This document shows positions 23,501 through 32,454 of a stretch of DNA of 32,454 nucleotides, piece after piece. Each line of letters begins with the position of its first letter. Position 1 is the first letter of the stretch. Both the position numbers and the translations under genes were made by a program. Source of the DNA: Callorhinchus milii. Lineage: Eukaryota. The notes under the pieces were generated by a model. That model was not told the DNA's origin. It saw only the letters and a list, made by a program, of their open reading frames with translations, and searched no databases. The stretch lies in assembly GCF_018977255.1 (NCBI RefSeq), contig NW_024705597.1, forward strand, positions 1-32,454, in the 5' to 3' direction.

Positions 23501-26500
23501 GCTAAGCGCTGGCTGGAATATCCGGCGAGTTCAATTCACAAGCGAGGTCGAGCCTCCGATCTGGCGTATGAAGGCATTACGGCATACGTTTAACCTTGTA
23601 CTCGGCCCCAAGAACCCGAAGACATGCGTGCTGTTTGAAGAAGCGTTAGAGATGTCCAGGGGGATAGCTGTCCACCCAACGCCATCAAACGGGACAGCAT
23701 ATCCAAGACCTGTACCGAGAAGCCTCGTGTCGAGAGCAGCTTTACGCACAGGGGTGTGAATGCACCGGTTGCTTTATTTGCGTGCAGTCTGATGTTTATT
23801 GTTCGCAAAACCAATCTCTAGGCTTCTCACGGAACGGATACCGAATTCAAGGCAATCTTTATTCGAATAGTAAACATGAACAACGCTCTAGAATCAGGCC
23901 CGTAGTATTGTTTCCGGGTCATGTGGATCTTAGCACCGCTAATCGTATGCGCGTGGATTCTCTTTTAATTAACGGATGGTGAGGCGCACACGATACGCCT
24001 AGGATGTGTAGGTACGCGAGATAGTTAAACCTATGATAAAGGCTTCATCCGACCTGATTTGATTCTGGACGTAGCCCGCTGGGTACAGTGAACGGCTGGG
24101 GACAGTTCATTGAGGTGACCGCAAGATACGTAGTCAGAGAGACATACAGTTGGGCGCTAATTTGATCATAGGCCTATACTTAAGTGATGTGAAGTTCATC
24201 GTCCCAAACAGTAGACCCTATGTTACTATGATGTAAGAGAATACCATATCTTTATCTTTGAGCTCATACGACGCCTACCGCTGATCGCGACTTCTGCGGA
24301 CTGCGAAAAGTCGAGGGGATCCTGGAAGTGACCCTCCGCTTATCGCGAGTGTCGAATTTTGCACAAATCCATCGAGGAAGTTGAACATGTTTACCCAGTA
24401 GACACACGCCTCGGTGAGGGAGTGAATCCTTTTCAATGCTTGCATTCCACATCTTCCAAGTCAGTATAACGACACATTACTTATGAAGGACGGTCATGTC
24501 TAAGCATATACATATGCGATGGCAACAAGCAGGTGACGATAGGACGTTGACACCCCGTAAATGGCGAGGTACGTACATTGTAACCCTTTCACTTAGTGAA
24601 TACCAGCAGATCTAGACCTGATTTCGGAACTGTATCGTTAAGGTTCCCTTTGACCCCCAGCGAAGGCACATGTCGTCTAGTGGACCTAGTTTGGAGATTT
24701 TCGACCTTGATAGTACTGTCGTGGCGGACAAAAGGCGCCAGCCGTAAAATGCCAGGGCGTGTGATGCCATGGAATCTTGGGCTTGCAGCTATAAGTTGCC
24801 TGAAATATCGTGTACGACCGATCGCTTTTAATGCTACAGAGCCAGTTAAGCGTGAGGACATGGAATGGCGAGTTAACTAGTTCATATCATGCACGGTATC
24901 AGTTGCGTTACCTGTGAAAGTCTTTGTTCACTTTGACAATGTCTGCACCTAGGATAAGGACGACAGGTAAGACCAGCCATAATTTATGGCGCGGAAAGGA
25001 GGTCCCCATAATGGATAATTCACGTTACATGTATAGAGGACTACTAGCGTAATGTTCTCGACAGCATCTTATTGGAACCATGAATTGATTGTGTGGCAGA
25101 TAGATCTTCCAATCATGCAGTTCTCGGGCTAGAGTAGGTACGACATCCTATAAGAAGCATAGTGCAGATCACAGCGTCTCCGATGAGCGGTTGGCGATAA
25201 TCATCACCGACAAAGAGTTTGCTACAATTTTGGTCGAAGGGAAGCGTATGTCCTTATTACTGAACCGTACAAATTTGGCTTAAGGATTACATACACCGGT
25301 TTACATGTTCTCGCTGCCTCGAAATATGCGAGAATACTGTTAGCGGCAGACAGTACTCAAAAATGAACCAGTTCTTATACGAGATAATACTTGTGATATA
25401 CATTAAATACTATGAAAGGTACAGGGACGTAAGATGGCACGACTTAAGTAGCCCGATAGCTGTTTGCCATTGCTTGACAGGGTGAGTCATCCCTAAAGTC
25501 CATATAGTGGGATACCCTTTGGCACTACCGATTGGTCTAAACTTCAGAACCTCCGTTTGCGGACATTAGTATATATATACTAGCTGCCAAGGTTCGCTTC
25601 CCCGCATATGATTATTAACGGTAAGGAAATGCGTGAATACCGATGCTATGCTGGGGCTCTGTTATGAACGGGACTCAACTATCGTTAGTGCTTTAACCCA
25701 TTCCTTGGGGATGTCGGGATATGAGTGACTATATACTTAGTGGGTGGACCCTAAACGAATTAGAACTACAATTGTAGAGACTTTATACTACGAGTGCTAG
25801 TAATGTTGTGGTTATAGCGGCGCCGCAAGGCAACTCGGCTAGTTGTGTCACACTCCAACGACTTCATATTTTGCCACCGAAACGATGAGATCAAGCTCCC
25901 TCATTGGACCTCTAAGTCCTCATATCGTTTGTAACCAGGTCTGTCTGCCCAGACGGACAGCGAGGAACTACAAATTCCTAGAACCCGCGAAGCTAAAAGC
26001 CCACGTATGTTGACCATGCGACAGTAACGCGTGACTGTGGTCGAGGAACTTACAGAAAAAAGTAGATACGCCAGTAATATGAGTCATGACTCACTTTTTG
26101 ATGGAGCGCCTTGAGTTGACGCAGATGACAACCATGATTAGGCTAGGGCGCGCCGTACGACTTGTTGAAAGTCTCCGTCGTTTTAACTTTCGAAACTTAG
26201 AGCAGTGATCGGCGCCATCCTACATAGGACAGTCAATTACGGAGCATTCAACTATAACCTTGATTGCCTGGCTCTATTATTACCACCGAGGGACCAAGGA
26301 AGAATGTGTTCGTCGCCACAATACGCTGCAAAGCACGGACCGACTGAGCATAATTAGAACGAGGCAGTTCAGCTTTGGCTGTAAGAGGAAGACACGAGCG
26401 CAATACATGCCCTCGAGTGTACCCCTCGTCGCAGTCCCTGCCGAGACTGCACCCGGAGACGCTTGTGTTCGTTTCTTAGGCTCTGTGGCTCAACTCGCAC

Positions 26501-28160
26501 GTTATACAAGTCCTCTTATGCTTATTAGTAGTGTGCGAGTTGGGATAAACCCATAGACCTACTCGGCCTCTAAACCCCTACAGCTTCCAGCGTTGGGACG
26601 GCTCCGCAAGGTCTACAATACAGACTATTTCGGCTAAAGATTTACGCCTCGATCAGCCTGTCGAATCGAACGGGTTAATACAACAACTAAGTGAGACGAA
26701 AAGTAGGCCACCTAGTGTGCAAAGCATAGCGGGAAAGCAGCAAGCGTCGCGGGTATCTGGCCACCGAGTTGCAGAGAGCGTGAAAGATCCCCTGATGCAA
26801 TTAGTACGGTCAAGCTCCCCTCTCATGGACCCTTCGTGGATCGAGGCCTTATCAGCTGTCGAGTGTTTGTGGGGCATAGATTGGAGCCCATCCCCGGCTC
26901 TAGATTACATGCTTGCGCAGTAAACCTATTCTATTCAAAAGCATCAATGTACACGATGTACGGACTTAATGTCACCAATCGGATTGCAACTTGTGGGTAA
27001 ACGACTTAACCTATATCGCGCGAACGGACCACAATCTTAGCGGCTGCCGGCGGATTCGGAATGGGGGCATGGGCTAGGTCGCACACTCCGATTTCGGACC
27101 CTTTATGAAGTGGTTGAGTAGAAGATTCCTACGCTGTAGTTGTATCTGTAAGGGTTGGGTGCGGTACTACTCTGAGTGTCAAGAGGGATGTCTCAGAGGT
27201 TTGCCCGTTTGTGCAAAATCCAAAAGGTTTTACCGGGCATTGTAAGTACGATATGCGCACGTCTTGGTCAGGAACGACAGCTGTTGCGTTCCCACGCAAT
27301 TATGGTTGTGCACCTTCCACAGGGTGCTACAATACCAGATTTACCGACTGTATGCGAGGGGTACAAAGCAGTGTTCTGTTCGAGATTAACTAAGGATGGC
27401 TCCCCGGTGATACCCTTCCCACGACTCAACAAGGCCGTACCATGAGTTGCGTGTCCCCCTCTGCTAGCCCGAGCGCAAGATACGGAGGTAAAACTATGTT
27501 TTAGTGTCTTGAGCTCAGAAATCGGCGCCAAATGTTTGTCCTGCGGTCGTGACTGTTAAATTGTCAGGATACGGTTGAAGTTGGATCCAATTTGACCTTG
27601 AATGATGCCTTGTTAACCCCATTTGTAACCACAAGTACGAACCGCAAAGTGGCTGCGTATGAGTGGTATGGGGGTGATTATGTGTACGACTTTATTACCC
27701 CTAAAATCGACGTCCCGAGCCATTTGGAGCCCCGACCGTTTAATACGGAATTGGGACGTCGGTTCGGACCGTCGTCTCTCCACATTCACTGACCATGCAC
27801 TTATTATAAACTAATTTACGCGAAACGAACAGAGTTAATACGTTGTATGGGAGGACAGACGCCTATTACTAAGGGTGGTCTGAATAGTTCACACGGTATC
27901 CAGTTGGTCGCCAATTTAGATAACCTATTGGTCAGACCCGACGAAGATATCCTCGAAGCAGGGTAGCTTTGAGTCGATTAATACAAATCCTAGCGATGTC
28001 CTCGTGTAGTTCAATTCTATGGACCCTACTTCTAACAGCCCAAAGCACAGGCTGATGCAGAGGGAGCCTAATCTAATAACGGATATGTTCTGACTGCCGA
28101 GAGGAAGATTCACAGGTCAGGATGCGATTTTTAGTCTAGGATGTTTTCACACCGCATCAG
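17518..28160. other. Featureless random-like sequence block (probably shuffled, synthetic or artefactual)
   Basis: Roughly even base use, abundant CpG and TpA, no microsatellites or recognisable repeats, longest six-frame ORF 134 aa over ~10.6 kb. Natural-looking CA-rich sequence resumes abruptly near 28160-28175. Boundaries approximate. Confidence 0.75.
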
Positions 28161-28173
28161 GTACAAATATGGA

Positions 28174-28292
28174 ACACACACACAGACAGAGACAAACAAC
28201 AGGTGGGCAGATATACACAGACACAACAGGTAAGAAGATGCACACACACACACGTATCGATACAGGAGGACTCGCAAGACACACACACGCGC
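28174..28292 (+). repeat. Degenerate (CA)n/(CAGA)n simple-repeat region
   Basis: ACACACACACAGACAGAGAC, CACACACACACAC, ACACACACACGCGCGC. Confidence 0.8.
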
Positions 28293-28378
28293 GCAGATAT
28301 GTCAGCGTCTCTCTCGCTCGACCCAGCTGATATTTTTTCTCTCTGTGATCCACACCCTGACCCCAGACCAACAAATCC

Positions 28379-28416
28379 CTGGTTCGCATCCCTTAACTGG
28401 TTCGCATCCCTTAACT
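28379..28416 (+). repeat. 18-nt perfect tandem duplication
   Basis: CTGGTTCGCATCCCTTAA twice (28379, 28397), then CT. Confidence 0.9.
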
Positions 28417-29067
28417 TCACCCGCTTCAGCCGATTCGCAACGCTGCCAAGTCCGTGGAACTTTTGGCGGTGCCCTGGTGGATGGATAGCCGAGGGAGGGA
28501 ATGGTTATCAAGTAGCTTGGTGGTAACTGATGTTTGTGCTCGTGTTTATTCACCAGGGCAAGATTGATGTGGTCTAGGTGTTTTAGCCAGTCATGGCGTG
28601 TCGAAGCAACGTAGTTAAAATTTTGGGTGAAACAAATAAAAATAACATTTTTTTTTACAACCAGCTACACCCCCCCCCCACCCAGCAGTTCCTTTTGCAA
28701 GGATGAGCCACACAGCAGCACAGAGGGTCGTTATTATTACAGAATTGTCAGAACTGATAACGACAATAACACGAATTCACGATCATCGGTAATCATCTTG
28801 AAACTGTGAAATTTGCGACAAGACAGCAACTTGGAAAATAACGCCCCGTCAGACGACGGTCACGGCATCTTGGGTTGGCTTCGCAGGACGACGACGATGA
28901 TGGCGATGGCAGGAGTACGAATGCTCTTAATTCGGTCCTGTAGTACTGTACCAAGCAGAAGCAGGGCCCGGAGTTCTGTGGCAATGGTGGAAAGCAGCAA
29001 ATGGTGCACCGCTTCTCCGAGCCACGGAATGGAAATATCTCCCAGGACACGGCCATTGTTCACACAA

Positions 29068-29188
29068 CCCTTTAGCCGCACAACACGTGAACATTACGGC
29101 TCTTTAGTCGCACAACACGTGGCATCACGGCCCTTTAGCCGTACAACACGTGACGTCACGGCCCTCGAGCCGCATACCACGTGGCATC
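29068..29188 (+). repeat. Minisatellite, ~31-nt unit x4, each with CACGTG
   Basis: Units start at 29068, 29100, 29131, 29162; consensus CCCTTTAGCCGCACAACACGTGRCATCACGG. Confidence 0.9.
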
Positions 29189-29309
29189 AAGCTGTCGCGT
29201 CGGCAAACTCACTCGTGAAATAACGGGGCCATTTTAAAACCATTCAATTTGTTTTACCACCCCGTAGATTTTTCGCGGTTGTGCCGTTCAGCTCTCCGAT
29301 GAGATCTCG

Positions 29310-29487
29310 CGTTGTAGCTCGTGAATTTCGGCGCGATGTCCGACGTTTCACGCCGCATACTGGGGGTTAGCTTCTTGTGCAGAAACCGTTGTTACCGGAA
29401 TTCTGTTCCTGAAGAAGCTCCCAGGATGCGGAGCGAAACGTCGGACACAGGTGCTTGAACAACGCGCGGTACGACCGGAAAACGAGG
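29310..29487. mobile_element. Penelope-like element (PLE) pseudo-LTR remnant arranged as an inverted repeat
   Basis: 29337-29364 TGTCCGACGTTTCACGCCGCATACTGGG is the near reverse complement of 29420-29447. The repeated unit is a minimal hammerhead motif, typical of PLE pLTRs. No RT or GIY-YIG ORF seen. Confidence 0.65.
29404..29447 (+). ncRNA. Minimal type I hammerhead ribozyme
   Basis: Stem I UGUUC (29404-08)/GGACA (29443-47); core CUGAAGA (29409-15) + A; stem II GCUCC/GGAGC with 8-nt loop; GAAA-CG-UC with palindromic ACGU stem III; predicted cleavage after C29442. Confidence 0.85.
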
Positions 29488-29515
29488 TTTGTTTTAACAC
29501 TTGCGTAAAGGAGAG

Positions 29516-29553
29516 ATCTCGACGTTTCGGCTGAATGCCCTTCTTCAGGAAAT
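29516..29553 (-). ncRNA. Second minimal type I hammerhead ribozyme (opposite strand, different stem sequences)
   Basis: Minus strand reads AUUUC-CUGAAGA-AG-GGC-AUUCA-GCC-GAAACGUC-GAGAU: 5-bp stem I with one U-G, 3-bp stem II, full catalytic core. Confidence 0.75.
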
Positions 29554-30310
29554 ATGAAGGTCGGCCGGCAGAAAAGTCGAGACCTCCCTTGCCCCTCTTT
29601 GTGACAATAAAATTAACAAAAACTGATTATTTATTTTTTGAAATTAACATTTAAACAGGTCACGTCAAAGCGTGGCTTCTGCCCACATGCCAAGCGCTGC
29701 ACCTGACAGCACGTCGCTGCCGTCCCGGCTCGCCGCTTTCTGCGCGAGTCGCAATCGTTTCGCGAGCATTTTGCGCAATCGTTACGTTTCGGCTCTACGC
29801 CGAAATTCGTCGTCACGCGGTGCCGGGACATTGCCTCCTCTGCGTCTGCACCACCACCGCCACCGACTCCCGCAGTCCGGGACAGGCTACCGAACACTTG
29901 ACTCTCCCCGAGAACGCTGCAGGACCAGCAAGCTACGCGGGAATCACAATGGCCTGGCTTTAAATTAACAATTAAATTAACATTTTTTTGTACACGACGA
30001 GAGAAATAAAAATAAACAAATAAATAAAAACCGAACCACTTTAAATATTACAGCCCAGGTTGGTTTTGTTTGTCGTCTTGTGAATCGGTGGAGGCCGCCC
30101 GCGATAGCGCGCGAGCTGCGACGTACAAAATGAAAACTTTCAATCGAAAGCGTCACCTGCGGCTGCTTCTGAATTGCCAGGGCAGGCGAGTGCTGGGCCA
30201 TTGGCCTGAATGGTGAGAGAGTGAAAGAGGGCGACAGTTCACAGGCCAGGGCAGACATGGATGCCGACGAACGTAGCGACACTTTAGGGGCCAATACGAG
30301 CGAGTTATCA

Positions 30311-30500
30311 GGTGGTTCAGCGGTGGAGCGAGCGATTCGCAATCAGAAGGTCGCGAGTTCACATTCCGGCAGGGGTCGACTCAGCATGCCTCCGCGGGCT
30401 GATACATTGTGGGGAAGTCGAGAGTGGTTGTCCTATGGATAGACTCACCCCTGCACGCTAGGAATGTGGAATTTAACGCAGCTTGGCTCGAGTTGTAAAC
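30311..30500 (+). mobile_element. tRNA-derived SINE
   Basis: A-box-like TGGTTCAGCGG (30313-23), B-box-like GAGTTCACATTCC (30355-67) with tRNA-like spacing, followed by GGGTCGACTCAGC, a motif I recall following the tRNA head in several SINE families. No acceptor stem. 3' end approximate. Confidence 0.7.
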
Positions 30501-30914
30501 GAGGAGGAGAGCACCGAGGTCTCGATGCTTTGTTTTGACTCATCGCGACTCACTGGCGTTGGCCATGTACGGAAATTGGAACCCACAAAAGTGACGCCAG
30601 CTCTGGTACCGACAATTGAAACGTCTGCTCTGGGCTCGTGGAGTTGCGGCGAGTGAGCAAGGCGGCTCACATCGGTGTGTGCGTGCAAACACACCGATAG
30701 GTAGCACGACGCTCCATCACCCTTGCGCACGTGCTACAATCGACAAACGCAAGGGCACAATCTTCGTTTTGCGCACACCCAGTGGCGTGTTTATAAATTA
30801 AGGACTTTCAACATGAACCGGGGTTAGGGAAGCATTTAAATAACGAGAGCTTTGCATCAACGCGGGATCGCACCACGTCGATGGCCAGATGTGGTTGAGC
30901 GTTCGGTTAAATAT

Positions 30915-31170
30915 GGGGAGTGGCAGCGTGGTGGCTCGCGGCACCACACTACGGACCCGGCGCCCCCGGGTTGGATTCCCAGCCATGGCTAACATCAGTC
31001 GCGAGCGATATCTGAACCGGCCGTGGGTCTCCCCGCCTATCGATCTACAGTATTGCCAGCTCGAGCTGACAAGTGTGAAGTATGGACAAACAACCCCCAT
31101 AACCGACACGGCGTGGGGAGGCCTTCATCCAGCAGTGGCTTTACAAAAGGGCTGAACATTATTTGTTATT
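30915..31170 (+). mobile_element. tRNA-derived SINE with RTE-LINE-like 3' tail
   Basis: A-box-like TGGCAGCGTGG (30921-31), B-box-like GGGTTGGATTCCC (30968-80). 31115-31138 GGGGAGGCCTTCATCCAGCAGTGG translates as GEAFIQQW, resembling the C-terminus of RTE-clade ORFs, followed by an ATT-rich tail. Confidence 0.65.
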
Positions 31171-31755
31171 AAGTTAAATATTCACTGAGTAGTACCATTG
31201 CTTAATCTCTTTTTAAATTTGCGAGGCATTAGCTGAGGTCAATGGTGGCATGTGGCTTCAGGTTCAGGGAACAACAAAGTCCACCTCCGGCCTCCTCGTC
31301 TCAGGTCGACTAATTGAGAAACTGGAACGCGCTGGCAGTGGCTTCATCATCAGCGCTGCCCATGCAGCTTCTCAGGGGAATGGCTCTGGTGCAGCCCAGC
31401 ACTGGTGCAGCAGAATCATCATCGCTGCTACAATTCTCGTCACCATGGCCACTGGTGCAGCAGGACCATCACCAGCATCGCTACCACCAGCATCACGCGT
31501 TGCCTGCACCGGTCACCAAAAGCTCGCAAAGCTGAGATGGAGTTCGCAGCCAACTCAACACGCGAGCCACGCAATTGCCAATGGGGAGGGGAGTGGAAAG
31601 GTACTGGAGAGGTTTCGAGGCAGTTACGTGGCGACCTGCACAATGGTATCAGAGGGCGAGTGGCTGCGGTGGTTATGATTGGCGATTTGCGGTTACGCTT
31701 TGAGGGGCTAACGGACTCCACTTTGCAGACAGGAAGTTCCTGCTCGGGATGTGTG

Positions 31756-31822
31756 GCCAATTAATTATCGAGTATCTTTCGTGCTTGCAAGGGAACAGGA
31801 GTACCTGGGGAAACCCCATGCG
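31756..31822 (-). mobile_element. V-SINE-like core fragment
   Basis: Minus strand GCATGGGGTTTCCCCAGGTACTCCTGTTCCCTTGCAAGCACGAAAGATAC..TTAATTGG resembles the V-SINE central domain as I recall it (GCGTGGGTTTCCTCCGGGTGCTCCGGTTTCCTCCCACA..CAAAGAC..TTAATTGG). Confidence 0.5.
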
Positions 31823-32440
31823 TTTTGAGGTAAAAACACCAAAAGTACAACAGTGCCGTTAACCCATTTACTGCGCTTCCTCCTTCGTCCAACAACTCAC
31901 GCGGGACAGCTGGGATGAGGAAAGGTGTCGCCGCCGTCAACCAAAGTCGTGGCGCAGCGATTTAACGACGGCACACGCGGGGAAGGTTCAAATCGACCAA
32001 CTGGAAAGCAGAGGTGACCTGTAACAACAAACCATTCGGCAGTGCTGGGCTGTCAGCTGAGCAGGTGCATCTTGAGCAGCCGCATGAACCCCATTGCATT
32101 CCTAGTCGGGATGGATCCACTGCTGCTGCATCACGGCTATTCACTGAACGGCGGCGGCGGCGCGTGTCTCGCTTCAAACCAGAAAACAAGAGGTGGAAAT
32201 TTGTGGACTTATTCAAATTGAGGCCAAGAGGTGCTCTCTGGGTGGGGGGGGGTCTGGTTTAGGTTGCGGCCAGGGCACCTGCAGGATCACTCAAAGAGAG
32301 GGCATCGAGCCTTGTTGTTCAGCTAATGGTGGACAAATAACTGGTGACCAATTTAGTTCAGTACATTCACAATAATGACATCTTCTTGCAATAAATAACA
32401 CAACCGTTTTCGTGTATTATAACAATAATAATGTATATAT

Positions 32441-32454
32441 ACACACACACACAC
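32441..32454 (+). repeat. (CA)n microsatellite, truncated by the window edge
   Basis: ACACACACACACAC, preceded by (AAT)n and (TA)n. Confidence 0.9.

Noticed and set aside
18338..28113. Short ORFs (60-134 aa) in the random-like block
   Set aside because: Lengths and composition are what chance would give; no recognisable motifs or gene organisation.
29068..29188. CRISPR-like array
   Set aside because: Units are head-to-tail with no unique spacers, there are no cas genes, and the context is eukaryotic.
30610..30630. GAAACGTC resembling a hammerhead 3' half
   Set aside because: No upstream CUGANGA core.
30311..30980. Functional tRNA genes at the two A/B-box sites
   Set aside because: No complete cloverleaf or acceptor stem, degenerate B boxes, and both continue into SINE-like bodies.
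31805..32018. Possible minus-strand exon bounded by TTGTTACAG and CAG/GTACTC
   Set aside because: All three frames contain stops, and the apparent donor lies within the V-SINE-like fragment.

Overview
Eukaryotic (metazoan, probably vertebrate) genomic window in four blocks; lamprey-like is only a guess from the repeat content. (1) 1-~14450: one very long, apparently intron-free + strand coding stretch for a giant acidic, E/T/S/D/K-rich, probably disordered protein. It has about 3 near-identical 1563-nt (521-codon) tandem units, older ~1.25-1.3 kb duplications and a recurring basic-site + amphipathic-helix motif. It is broken by single-base indels that look like sequencing errors. (2) ~14680-17487: a ~2.8 kb non-coding tract packed with nested long-range stems whose non-Watson-Crick pairs are mostly G-U on the + strand. 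This suggests a large structured RNA (3' UTR or lncRNA) and is the most interesting signal here. (3) 17518-~28160, right after a 30-N gap: ~10.6 kb of featureless, random-looking sequence with no long ORF or repeats, probably shuffled, synthetic or artefactual. (4) ~28160-32454: repeat-rich intergenic DNA with a Penelope-like remnant carrying two intact-looking minimal hammerhead ribozymes on opposite strands plus a dead copy, tRNA-derived SINEs, a V-SINE fragment and an E-box minisatellite. All pairings and alignments were done by eye; no folding or database search was run.
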